Source: Malacoraja senta
Lineage: Eukaryota
Reading direction: 5' to 3'
Length of the DNA stretch: 64,000 nucleotides
NCBI GenBank assembly: GCA_038087875.1
Contig: CM075988.1
Location: 7,318,001-7,382,000, forward strand
Part shown: positions 10,611 through 23,027 of the stretch, one piece after another
Layout: the number at the start of each line of letters is the position of its first letter
How positions within the stretch are numbered: the first letter of the stretch is position 1
Translations under genes and position numbers: made by a program
The notes under the pieces: generated by a model
Database searches by the model: none
Told to the model about the DNA's origin: nothing
What the model saw: only the letters and a program-made list of their open reading frames with translations

Positions 10611-13600
10611 TCGCACACTCTGGCTGCAGATGCTCTTGCAGACGCTTCATTCACACATTCATTGTCCCAACCGGAAGAAAAGACGCACGTTTAAATGACT
10701 GCGTGTTTTGCTTCTACCCTCTGCATTTTTCCACCTCTCTCTCTCTCTCTCTCTTCCTTCCTTTACAGCTGATGGGGGTGGTTGAGGCAGAGAAAGTAGC
10801 TGCATTGTTAAGCGATGAGCGGGGAGCCTTTTCTGTTCGCTAATGGAATCCTGTAGCTTTTGTACAGAGCTGTCTGACAATTCATCGTCCTGGACGCTCA
10901 AATCTCAACTTCTAAACATTTTCTACTTTAAAAAAAAAGGGGCAACTAATGCATGGTATATTTTAAGAAATATTCTGAGTGCATTTGGTGATGTTGTACT
11001 GTAACCTGTTTTGTGCGTTTTCTCTTGTCTTTTTTAATTGCTACTTTCTGGATGTTAAAAAAGGGAGGAGATTCCTATCCGAGCCGAAGGAAGAAGCTCC
11101 GACTTGGTTCCCCTTCGCTTTATCTCTTTACCGCCACCTCGACCCCTTTTTTTTCCTGTTTGATACAACTATTGACCTGATGTACTTTTCTTGTTTCTTC
11201 TGCCCCCTCCCCCTCTTGTATCAAGAAGAGCCTGGTACTGATTAAAAGGGACACTTCGTTTAATTTGTTTTTGCCAGCGCTCAAAGTTTTGTTTCGAAAA
11301 ATAATATATTTTTAAAATGTAGCGCTGCAGATACTTTCACGCAGAGTTTGAGGCTGTGATATCTCGAACTATGCCTGCAACCTTCAGGTTTTGTATTCCT
11401 TGATTTTAAAACGTTGCCGCATTTTTTTGTTTTGTTTTCCTGGTAGATCAAAGAGGAAATTTCTGGACATGTTACTTCCAGGATTTTTATTTTGCTTTTA
11501 CTGTTTCAATGCAGAAGAATGGCAGGGATGTTGGCACATTTTTGTTATGGTTTCGTGTTTGTTCCATTGTAGTATTACTGAGGAAATCGAGGGGAAGGAA
11601 ATGAAATATTTGGCTTATCGGAGATATTACATTAGGAATTGAAGGATTGGTTAGTTTCGCATTGTATTCTATCGTTAAATTCGTCTTTCTTATTTGTAGC
11701 GTGGATTGCATTTAAACCATTTACTTACGAGGGAAGAAAGCCGATTTCGTTCTTCTCGCGATCCTATGTATAAACCCTTTCGCATTGCAGTTTCCAAACC
11801 ACCTCTCATCTGTAGCATTCGGCTTTTTTTTAAACCCCCCCCCCCCAAAAAAAAAAGCGTGAAGCCCTTTGCAATCAAGCGTACACTTCAATTTGCGTGA
11901 AGGAGCCTCGGTTGTTGACTTAAACCCATCACAATGTCTTCCCTTTTTAATCATACAGCATGCATCCTGTCACAGTTATGCATCAAGACTCGAGTCTTCG
12001 ATCAGTAGGGTTATGGAATTAACCGGCCAGTTGCGGATGTGTCCATTGCAGGCCAGTCCCACCAAACGCAGAACTAATTTCTTAAGAATTTTTATGTTGC
12101 TGTCAGGGTTATGCTGGGAGTACAATAACTCCCGTGGAATGGGAGTAAACGGGAACGCCGTAGTGGAATGCTGTACAGGAATCAGGTATGCATTTGGGGG
12201 GAATTAAATTATTTGCAATGGATATTTGAGACAAAAGATGCACATTTCTTGTTCTCCCTGCCCCATCCCATGAATTGTATATTAAGACGTTGTTTTAATA
12301 GACCCTAGCTTGCATATTAAGATCCTTTGCCATTAAACTAAGTTTGATGTGCGCTTCCACTTCTGTGCTGGGCATGTTTGCTCATCTTTAAGTGCGATCA
12401 CTCCAGCTGTGCTTCCCGTGTCACTGATCCTGGGTCATCCCATGCTTCGGAATCGCTCTTTTTTAAATTTTGGAATTAGAAAGCAAGGTCGATTGTAATT
12501 TTTATCTCCAAAAGTTAACACAAGAGGTTATCTCGCTTAATTTAAACGTTTAAAAAAAAATTGAAACACCACCGGGAAGGAATTGGAGGGAATGAATATT
12601 TCCTTTAGCTGAAGTGAATTCAAATTTGAACTTTGGCGTGAAAATTTACATTATATTTTTTCGTACAGCCAGACCCTTGTTCAGTTGGAATACACATCAT
12701 TCTTTGTTCATTCTGTCTGTCCAATGTTTTCCAACCCTATTTATTTAAAAACGAGCACTTTCTAAACCCAGTTCCACTCGTATGCTGGTCAGGAAGCCAG
12801 GATATAGTCGACTTTGCACCCTGTTTCAAATCTGAAGGTGGTCGCTGAAACTTCATTTCCCACTTTCCTCTGCATAATTTGACGTGTATATAGAAATTTA
12901 AGTAGTAAATCGCCAGCTGAATTATTGAACTGTTTAAGTATTGGGGACTGAAGGAGGATGCACAGCATGATAAGAAACTGCTATGTATTCTTGACCACTC
13001 TGTTACTACGTCGAGTCTGTGGTGAAAAGCTTTTCAGCGATTGAAAATTAGACATGGTTCTCGGGCAAGGAATGCATCAGCCTCTGAAAAGATAATTTTT
13101 TTTTGAAGATAGAAATTCACTATGAAAGAATGGTTGCTTTTGAAATTTGTTTCACTTAGTTTTAAATAGCAAGCATGTGGAGGATTTAAGAATAGCATTC
13201 TAACTTATGAGTAAATGAATCTGTAAGGGAATTCGATTACCCAAAATACAGGTCTGGGAGATGAAGAAGCATTCTATTTGTGCCCATAATTCCTGCAGAG
13301 CTCATTTGTGCCTTGACTTGCATTCATCTTTTCAATTTTTATGATGCAATGGGTGCTTTTTTTTGTTTACTTTTCATCTTTAAAAATAACACACTCGGAA
13401 GTAGTCAAGGTGAATAGCAGGTTAAACGAGAAATCAGGTAAGTCTATTGGTGCAATAAATACTATTAAACAACATGGGAACATGGTGAGGATGCTCAAAG
13501 GGTAATTTAGACTTTTGTTTACATAAGCTGGACACCAGCCTATGTTTACCTAGTTGACTTATGTGTAGTTCAGATGGACATGTTTTTTTTAAAGGGGGGA

Positions 13601-14111
13601 CTGCATCGAACTTGATAATTAGTGATCACCTCCAAAGGAGTATATTCAGGAGCTGTGACAAAGTGGTGTGAATTGCTGGATTATTTGGGTCTTTTTGTTG
13701 TAAACTTTCAGGGACTTTTTTTAGTAGGAGAAACTGTCAAAGACACAGTACAATAACTGGGCAGCATGGCTGTCAATTTGATTCTGCCTTGATTATGATC
13801 GGCAGTGCTGTCAGGCCACTGGTAGGGTTGGATTGAACTGCTCCTGACTTCCGACGTGAACTGGCTGAATATGGTAGTGCAGACAGCAGTTTGTGGTATT
13901 GCAAAGGCTATGCCTGGGGGTGCAGTTTAATGTCAGCTGTTCAGGAAAGTGCTGGTAGATATTTACTGGTTTGCCACCAACCTTTTCTCGTACATTTTCC
14001 CAACCAATATTTAAACTGCCAGTTTTAATTTCTGTTCTGTGCTGCATAATTTAAAAAAATGTACCTTGTCCACTGTACACTAGAACGTCATTGAATTGCT
14101 ACGGTATACAC

Positions 14112-14305
14112 AGTGCTCAGCGGGTCAGGCAGCATTTCTGGAGAAAAAGGATGGGTGACGTTTCGGGTCGGGATGAAGAAGGGTCTCAACCCAAAACATT
14201 ACCCATGCTTTTTCTCCTGAGATGCTGCCTGACCCGCTGAGTTACTTCAGCGCTTTGTGTCTTTCTGTGGTATAAACCAGCATCTGCGGTTCTTTGTCTC
14301 TACTC
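14112..14305. mobile_element. Palindromic pair of Penelope-like terminal repeats
   Basis: ctcagcgggtcaggcagcat...gggtgacgtttcgggtc followed by its inverted copy ...gatgctgcctgacccgctgag. Confidence 0.8.
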
Positions 14306-15223
14306 TTTGAATTGTTAATTGTTATGGGGTTTAATATAAATTTGTGGCTTAGTGAGCACTGTATATTTGACAGAAAAGTTCCTTTTCTAATTTATTTAAC
14401 ACATTGTCCGATATCTGTGGTCTAAATGTATCATGGTATGTGCCGGCTTTTGCAATTTGGTTGGTTCCTGTCATACTTTCCAGCCCCTCATCTTCCCCTT
14501 GCCAAATCTGTTAATTCACATTTTTTGGGTATTTATCCTGCTCCTTTTTGAATATTAGAAAATTACTGAACCTCCTCTACTACATTACCTTCTACCACCA
14601 AACCACACCCCACTCCCCTGTTCCTAGTCCACATCACTTACTGTGTAACATTAATCTATTCTCTGGTCACTTGCTTTGATCTTTTTCCATTTACCTCCAT
14701 TCAGTGTCTCCAGCTTTTTGATTGTCTTGATAAACTCTCTATATCCTTTATGATTTAAAATATCTCTATCAGGGTCTTCTCGGTTGTAAAGACATCAACC
14801 TGAGCAAAATACTCCTAGATATTTGCCTCCAATCTTTTCTATTGTATTGTTGTCATTTTACTCCATTCCTTTATCTCTGGAATCATTTTGACATAAACTG
14901 GGGTCAATATTTCACTTTAAATGTGGTTGAACCAGTTTTTCATGAAAGTTAATCATAATTTTCTTGTTTTTGACGTTAAATCTCTATTTATAAATCCCAG
15001 GCCCCTGAATGCCCTTTGAACCAGTTTCTCTGCCATTTTCATTCAACCATCTGCTTATGGCCCAAGATCTCTCCGCTCTTGTATGGCTTTTGGATTTGTG
15101 GTCTCGGATTTGCATTGCTTCGTCTTCTTTCCACCAAGTGTAACATCACATATCTTGGCATTCAATTATATCTGCCTCCTATCTGCCCATTCCATCAGCC
15201 TGCATACATCCCTCTTAAGTCTG

Positions 15224-15302
15224 AAACGTTACCTGTTTCCTTCGCTCCATAGATGCTGCTGCTGCTGCACCCGCTGAGTTTCTCCAGCATTTTTGTGTAC
15301 CT
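15224..15302 (+). mobile_element. 79-bp 5'-truncated Penelope-like terminal fragment with 19-bp target-site duplication
   Basis: TACATCCCTCTTAAGTCTG at 15205-15223 and 15303-15321; the insert matches 23820-23892 and the repeat at 37043-37116. Confidence 0.85.
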
Positions 15303-16047
15303 TACATCCCTCTTAAGTCTGTTATCTCCATCATAATTTACTATGGCTCCAAGTGTGCGCCCTCTGTAGCTTTGGAGAATGTGAGCTGGACATCCATGTC
15401 CAAGTCATTAACATATCTGAGGAAAAGCTGTGCTTCTATTTCCAGTCCCTGGGGGGCTCCACTGAATACACTGTCCAGACTGTAAAGAAACTTATGGATG
15501 ATGCTGTCATCTATTCCTCAGCTAAATCTCCATCCATGCTATTACTTTGTCAGAAACTCATTTTCTTGAAACTAATGATTTGCCACTGAATCTGTACCCC
15601 TTGTTCTGGATTTCCATGAATAATCTTTGCCGAAGTAAACTAATTTACCAATTAATTGTTGACTCGCATTATTTTGCTGATTTAACTACCGGTATATATG
15701 CTGAAAACATTTTTAACTTTAAGAACTTCAAATGTTTTTTGCCCAAACTTTTTCTTGCCCTTAATTTTTGTTTTCTTATTCAGTTGCTTCATGATTGTTT
15801 TAAGTTGATCTGTCCTTCATACCAGGCTATTCGATAGCTGTGGCATTCCTGGCTGGTTATTTATAGCCTCGGTGTCAGTTTGGACTGAGATTACATCTTT
15901 TGTATTAACGATGCCTTGTAAATATACATCGATTCCACAAGCATTTGAAGTAGAATATCTAGTGACAGATTGTCCCAATGTCTGTCATTCTTTGCTTATT
16001 TTGCAGGGGAAAAAAAAATCACACTATATAAATCACATAGAAAATCT

Positions 16048-16354
16048 CACAGTGGTGCAGCGGTAGAGTTGCTGCCTTAAAGCGGTTGCATCGCCAGAGA
16101 ACCGGGTTCGATCCCAACTACGAATGCTGTCTGTACGGAGTTTGTACGTTCTCCCTGTGACCGCGTGGTTTTCTCCAAGATCCTTGATTTCCTCCCACAC
16201 TTCAAGGACGTACAGGTTTGTAGGTTAATTGGCTTGGTATGTGTAAAAAATTGTACCGTATGTGTGTGATAATGCGAGGATTGCTGGTCTGTGCAGACTT
16301 GGTAGGCCGAAGGGCCTGTTTCTGCGCTGTATCTCGAAACTAAACTTAAAAACA
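16048..16354 (+). mobile_element. tRNA-derived SINE (HE1/V-SINE-like)
   Basis: A and B boxes, V-domain-like core, CR1-like 3' end 'ggccgaagggcctgtttc', tail. Confidence 0.9.
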
Positions 16355-16678
16355 ACTAAATTGGCAGTAATGCAGAGATTTTATTTTTTAAGTGTGAAAG
16401 AAGGTGGCACTTGAATATTTTAGTTAACGTGAATATCAAGAAATATTTGGGATTGAAATAGTGCAGTTGAACTTGTAGCATTCGGGAAAGTTGTCTTCAA
16501 CAATTGGTAAAGGATACAAAGATCTGGAGTAACTTAGCAGGTCAGGCAGCATCTCTGGAGAACATGGATTTGTGACGTTTCTGGGTCGAACCCCTTCTTC
16601 AGATGTCAAAATCTAGTCAAATTCAACTGTCAACAATCTTGTTTGTAGTGAAACAATTATCCATCCTCAACATCTAGC

Positions 16679-17494
16679 CTGGGGGGCGCTGCGAGACGGC
16701 TGCCCTGCCAGCAGCGTGCTCGTCATTTCTACTTTTTAATTTTTTTATTATGTCCAAATGTTTGTTTTAGTGTCTCTCGGTGTGTCTTGTGTGGGGGATG
16801 GTGGGGGGGGAAGGTAAGGGTTTAACCGCTTTGGTCGCCTCCTCCACGGAGAGGCGACTTTTTCCATTTTGCCTCCCTCGCGGCCTAACACAACGATTGG
16901 TGCAGCCTTTCCGAGTCGGGCCCAGAGCTTCAGCAGCGGGCGCAGCGTGGACTTTTTCCGATTACTGGATTGCGGATTGTTCAGCCTGAAGCCGCGGTCT
17001 GTGGATCTTCTAGCCGCGGGCGTGGCGTCCGGAGCCTGGGATCCCTCGTTGGGGATCCCCGGAGGAGAAGAGCTCCGATCCGCCGGCCCACGGCCTTCAC
17101 ATCTTGAAGCCGCGGTCTGCGGAGCTTCTAGCCGCAGGCGCGGCATGGACTTACCATCCGGAGCGGGATCCCTCGCCGGGGATCCCTGGAGAAGAGCTCC
17201 GACCACCGGCCTGCGGCCTACATCATCTTGAAGCTGTGGTCTCCGGTAGGGAAGCACCGATTCCGGACTTACCTTCCAGAAGAGAGGGCCTGTACATCTG
17301 GCCCCCCGCACTTGAGGAGGACTGACTGTACTTTGTGCCTTCCACCACAGTGAAGAATGCTGTGGTGGATGTTTGTGTTAAATATTATTGTGTTTTGTGT
17401 GTTCTTTTTGATTGTACCGCTGCTGGCAAATTCATTTCACTGCACTTTATTGTGTATGTGATGAATAAATCTGATTGATTGATTGATTGATTGA
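16679..17494 (+). mobile_element. GC-rich non-autonomous retroposon-like element with internal ~120-bp tandem duplication and (gatt)n tail
   Basis: GGCGCTG head, T-rich tract, G-run, duplicated unit 16988-17105/17106-17230, hairpin 17341-17369, 3' 'tttcactgcac...gtgatgaataaa' plus microsatellite tail. Confidence 0.7.
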
Positions 17495-17533
17495 CTCGTC
17501 ATGCAAAAAGAGCAGTGGGTTAATCCTCTTTAG

Positions 17534-18381
17534 AGAGATTAGAGATTAGAGATTCCTTTATTTGTCATTCAGACCTTTCGGTCTGAACGAAATTTCGTTG
17601 CTGCAGTCATACATATAATAATAAATGACAAAACACACAATAAACACAAATTAACATCCACCACAGTGAGTTCACCAGGCACCTCCTCACTGTGATGGAG
17701 GCAAAAGTCTTAAAGTCTCTGTCTCTTCCCGCTTTCTTCTCCCTCTGCGCTGAGGCGATCCAGGCTTCTGATGCTGTGGCCCCACCGGGCGACGGTAAGC
17801 CAGTCCAGCGGCCGAATCCGTGCTCCGCGACGGGCCGGCTCAAACTCCGCGGCCCGGGGTGGTCGAAGCTGCCGAAGCTGCCGCCCTCCAGTCCAGCGGA
17901 TGCAGCTGTAGTTGCGGGAGCCCCAGAAAAACAGGTCACCAACCTGTGACCTGCAAGCTCCCGACGATGTCGTCCACTGGGCCCGCGGCCGAGCCTCCGG
18001 TCTCAGGTCGCCACCAGTGTCCTCGGTCGCCACCGCCGGAACGCCACCGCAGCCCCGAAGTTGGCCAGCCTCGCGCTGGTAAGTCCTGGCTCTGCCTCCG
18101 GAGCCTCGAGGTCGGTCGCTCGCTCGCAGTTGGAGTTGGAGGCCGGCAGCTCTGCCATTTTGGCCTCAGCGCAGACGGAGGCAGAGAAGGTGGATACGAC
18201 AAGAAAGTCGCATTCCCCCGAAGGAAGAGACAAAAGTCATGTTTCACCCCCCCACCCCCCCACCCCACACATACACAACCCAATAAATTAAAATTTAACT
18301 GAAACAGGACAAAAGAAAACAACAAAAAAAGTAAAAACAGACGGACTGCAGGCGAGCCGCTGCTGTACGACAGCGCCGCCA
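17534..18381 (-). mobile_element. GC-rich non-autonomous retroposon-like element with Rex/Babar-like tail, tail-to-tail with the previous element
   Basis: Minus strand: GGCGGCGCTG head, T-rich tract, G-run, hairpin 17657-17699, 3' 'aatttcgttcagaccGAAAggtctgaatgacaaataaa' plus (aatctct)n. Confidence 0.7.
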
Positions 18382-18894
18382 CTGTTAGGATTATGGATCT
18401 GAGACCGGAATGAATATCCTTGGGAATTATAAGAATTTCTGAAGTAGGAGTTAAATTTTGGACCAAGGTGTTATTTGTAATTGCCACTTGTTTAACATAA
18501 TTCTATTTGTTTATGGTTTACAGATTGTATTTTCTATTTAGAAAGTGTCTATAAAACAGACTGTCGATTGTAACATGCTACAGAAAATTGTACTCCAGCC
18601 ATCTTCAACCCATGAATGGCACAGATATTCTGCAGAAGCCATCACATTGAAAAGAAATATTGCAGATGCTGAATATCTGTAATAGAAACACAATGTGCTG
18701 CACATAGGTGACAGGCCAGGCGATATCTTTGGAAAGAAATAAGATGGGTTAATATTTTTGATTTTCATCAAAGTTGTTTTGAAAAGCTATTGGAAGATGA
18801 AGAGGCAGTTTCTGTATTGAACTGTTCATATCAATTTTCTTCTAGTACAGCGAAAGAAGAATGGTCAGCATGGAATTGGTGGGACAAAGGAGCT

Positions 18895-19170
18895 GTAGAA
18901 CATAGTACAGTACAAGAACAGGCCCTTCGGCCCACAATGTCTGTGCCGTACATGATGCCAAGACCGTCTCTTATCAACTTGAGCATAATCCATTCCCCCC
19001 AATCTACATATCCATGTGCTTATCCAATGGCCTCTTAAATGCCGCTAATTGTATCGGTCTCAGCCACCAACCCTGGCAGTGCGTTCCAGGCACTCACCAC
19101 CATCCGTTTTTTTAAAGTTGTCCCGTACATCTCCTTTAAACTTTTCCCCTCTCACCTTAAAGCTATGCTA
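18895..19170 (-). mobile_element. CR1-type LINE 3' fragment
   Basis: 'acaggcccttcggccc...cctggcagtgcgttccaggc...ttttcccctctcaccttaaa', same family as 1318-2050. Confidence 0.7.
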
Positions 19171-19772
19171 TACCTCTAAACTAAACAACTATATTATGTC
19201 GAGGCAGGAAATATGAAGCAAAGCAAATGAGGAAAGGCTCAGTAAACCATGCAGCATCTGTGGTGAGAGATAGAATTATGTTTTGGGCTGATAACCTTTC
19301 ATAAAGCTTGAAATATTGACTCTGGCTCTTTCTCTTTCCAAAGATACTGCCTGACATGTTGAGTCGGGCGTTTTCTGTTTTTATTTTATGTAAAACGGTA
19401 AACTCCATTGTGTCCTCCAATATCAATCTCTTTCTAGCAACCCCTGCCCAGTTTTCCCTTTCCCTTCAAACTTGAATTGATACTAGGGTCTCAGTGCATC
19501 TCAAAAATGTAATAACTTGTCAATTAGTTTTATCAAAATGGAAGTAAATTAAAACAATACTTTCTGAACATGTTGAATGTCCATAATTTGCTATTCAGAC
19601 AAACCAATTGTGTCAAATCAGTCACAATCAAACTGAATAGATCAGACATAAGAATCCTGCCATGCGACTCAGGCTCTTTGGCCCGACTTGTCCACACTGA
19701 CCGAGTTGCCTAGCTATGCTAATCCCCTTTTCCTGCATTTAGCCCAAATCCCCCAATTCCTTTCCTAGAAAT

Positions 19773-19971
19773 CAAGGGTTCACAGCCTGGGGTAAATTTC
19801 CATGACTCGGGGGGTAAATTTGTTGATTCTGGATTTGTACATATTTTTTCTCATTGACTGACTGTGTTTGGTTCAGTTCATCATTAGTTGTTCATAAATA
19901 AGTGAAATAACACTGTTATGTGCTATTAAAGTTGACGGGTAAAACGGGATGAAAAAGGTTGGGAACCCCTG
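19773..19971. mobile_element. hAT-type MITE (199 bp) inserted in a CR1 3' fragment (~19640-20160)
   Basis: Imperfect 16-bp TIRs CAAGGGTTCACAGCCT / AGGTTGGGAACCCCTG; 8-bp flanks ctagaaat / ctataaac (6/8 identical), the TSD length typical of hAT. Confidence 0.7.
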
Positions 19972-20552
19972 CTATAAACGCACCTGTCCAAATGCTTTTT
20001 AAAACGCTGTGATTGTGCCTGCCACCACTACCTCCTCTGGCAGCTTGTTCCATCTACTTGTCACCCTCTGGGTGAAAGAACTTGTCCCTCAGATCTCCTT
20101 TAAATATTTACTCTTGCACTTTAAACCCATGTCCTCATTTTTTAGTCTCTCCATTAGCCATTTTTAGAAAGCTATGAACCTGCACTCCAAGGTCAATGAT
20201 TTCAAGAGCCCTGACATTTACTATATATTGGATGATCCAAAATGCATTACCACACACTGGTCTGGCTTAACCTCCATCCGCTGCTTCTGTGCCCAACTTT
20301 CCAGCTGATTAAGTCCCTCTGTATTGTTAAACATCCATTCTTGCTCCAATCTTTGTGTCATCAGCAATGTATTCTGAGTTAACTGCATGAATATACGTCA
20401 GTACATCTTGGTACAACCGATCCATCAATGTGTTCTCCATCCCAGTATCTTGCTGTAGAGGCCAGTCTTCATTGGAGTTTAATGCTTGCTCCTGGCTACT
20501 CATTTTGAGGCTGCACATTTGAGCCCAATCTTGCCCAACACTAACATCAGTT

Positions 20553-21110
20553 TGTGTAGGAAAAAACTGCAGATGCTGGTTTAAATCGAAGGTAGACACA
20601 AAATGCTGGAGTAACTCAGCGGGACAGGCAGCATCTCTGGAGAGAAGGAATGGGTGACGTTTCGGGTCGAGACCCTTGTTCAGACTAACATCAGTTTTAT
20701 GTTATATGAGTAACCTCCTATTTTGCTTGGGCAGCTTACAACCCAGCAGTATGAATATTGACTTCTCCAACTTCAAGTGACCCTTGCATTCCCTCCCTTC
20801 CCGTTTTCCAGTTTTCCGACCAGTCTGACTGTCTCCATGATTACATTTTATCTGTTTGCTTTGTTGTCACCTTCTTCAAGCCAGCAATGATCTATTCTAC
20901 ATTTCCTTGATCTACATCCCATTTGATGTCTCGCTTTCACACCTTGCCCTTCCTTATCTCTGTCCCCCCGACTCTCAGTCTGAAGAAGGGTCTCGACCCG
21001 AAACATCACCCGTTCCTTCTATCCAGAGATGCTGCCTCGTGCTGCTGAGTTACTCCAGCATTTTGTGTCTATCTTTGGTGTAAACCAGCATCTGCAGTTC
21101 CTCCCTACAC
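20553..21110 (+). mobile_element. Penelope-like element 3' end preceded by an inverted terminal repeat
   Basis: 20553-20686 is the repeat on the minus strand; 20715-20780 matches the end of the GIY-YIG ORF (…LGSLQPSSMNIDFSNFK*); + strand repeat at 20975-21110. Confidence 0.8.
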
Positions 21111-21719
21111 TGGCATCTGTACCCTCTTTTGTTTTATTTCTCCGAGTTCAGACCTTCATCTTAAGAACTCAACCACATGATAACACCAATACAAAAATAG
21201 TGACAATCCTTCAAATACGTTTTCACCTTTCGCAGAAATAATTTAATAGCTTCTAGTGTGTTCAGGCGCTGGAGAAAAAAAACACACATCACCGACCTCA
21301 CCCAGAACTCTTGCTTACTTTGAGATCCCAAACAGACATTGTTGCTTAAAAAAAGTACAATCCAGGAACTGCAGATGCTGGTTTACACAAAAGGACTCAA
21401 AGTGCTGGAGTAATTGTTGTTACCTTCGATGAGCCTATCTTTTGCTTGCTTTTATGTGTAAATGCATATGGGATCTCCATTTGCTGGAATTAACCATGTT
21501 AATTTTTTAATGGAAATGGGCCACTTTCTTAAACTCTTGATCTGCGCACACTGCTAGCTTAGTGCATGTTCTCCTGCTACTCGGCTGCCCCAGGTTTTGT
21601 TGTGAATTTTAAACCAATGGCTTGTGCTTTGCATATGGTTGTGAAATGAGTGCTTTCCTTTTTGTTCTGTTGACCTTGTGGTATAAAGTGGCTCAAAATG
21701 GAATTTGCGCTGCACTAGC

Positions 21720-22030
21720 CCAAACACATTCCTCAACAGAACCAGAGGACATGAGTTTAAGGGGGGGGGGGGGGGGGGGGAGATTTGATAGGAACCTGAG
21801 GATAACTTTTTAACAAAGGGTGGTGGGTGCATGGATTGAGCTGCAAGAGGAGGTAGTTGAGGCAGATACTATTGCAATGTTTAAGAAACATTTAGACAGG
21901 TGCATGGAGAGGACAGGTTTAGAGGGATATGGGCCAAACGCACGCAGGTGGGACCAGTGAAGATGGAGCATATTGGTTGGTGTGTGTCAGTACAGCTGAA
22001 GGGCATGTTTCCTTGCTGTATGACTCTATA
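21720..22030 (+). mobile_element. CR1-type LINE 3' fragment
   Basis: 'gaaccagaggacatgagtttaag...gaggaggtagttgaggcag...gggatatgggccaa...ctgtatgactcta'. Confidence 0.75.
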
Positions 22031-22730
22031 CGTCTATACTCACCTGTGGTGTCAATTTTCTATTTTGTATTCTGCATGCGTTGCAGAGAGTATTTTCCCC
22101 TTGGTGAGTACGAGTATTTGAGCAAAACACCAAATGCTGGAATAACTCAGCACGTCAGACAGCATCTGCGGAGGAAATGGATAGGCGAGGTTTAATGGCG
22201 GGGCCATTCTTCAGAATCTTCAGATGCTGCCTGACCCGCGGTGTTCCTCCAGCACTTTATATTTTGCTCAAGATTCCAGCATCTGCAGTTTTTTTGCAGT
22301 ATCTCCGTCAAGTAATACTATGTGACTGGTCAGAATTTGTTAAATTATGATGAGGGCGATTTTTGAATTTGCTTGATAATTGAGCATATGGGAACCACAG
22401 AAATGATCATCCCCATTACCGTGGTAGGCAACATAAAAAAAATTAGATATTTGAAAAAATTAATTTGTGGAGGAAATCTTTAGACAGAGGGTGCTAAATG
22501 TCACATGGTGTCTTGATGGAAAATTATTTTTATAATTTTCTTTTCATTCTGGTTTTGTATGCTTTCCTGGGCTTTAACCCATATTGATTGGAAGTTGTAA
22601 CATGTTGTATAATTTGTCTCTCCTGTTAACCTCTTTTATGGTAGTAGACTTGCACTTTTACGGTGAATTTTATATGGTAACGCCTCACAGATTAATCAGG
22701 CAAATCATGACATTGAATGAAGTTATTAGC

Positions 22731-23014
22731 AAGATTCAAGATTCAAGAGAGTTTATTGTCATGTGTCCCAGAAAGGACAATGAAATTCTTGCTTTGCTTC
22801 AACACAACAGAATATAGTAGGCATAAATAAATACAGATCAGTGTGACCATATACCAATGAATAAATACACACATAAATAAACAGATAAAGTGCAAGGGGC
22901 TATTAATGATCAGAGTTTGTTTGAGTTGAGTTTAATAGCCTGATGGCTGTGGGGAAGCAGCTATTCCTGAACTTGGATGTTGCAGATTTCGGCTCCTGTA
23001 CCTTCTACCTGATA
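22731..23014 (-). mobile_element. Rex1/Babar-like LINE 3' fragment
   Basis: Minus-strand 'SGRRYRS' C-terminal motif; 3' end 'aatttcattgtcc...gacacatgacaataaa' plus (cttgaat)n tail. Confidence 0.65.
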
Positions 23015-23027
23015 GCATAGATGATGA

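Noticed and set aside
16748..18487. Long ORFs (120-187 aa) or a second CpG-island promoter
   Set aside because: They lie within GC-rich retroposon-like elements with microsatellite tails; no domain similarity and no CCAAT/GC-box promoter layout.
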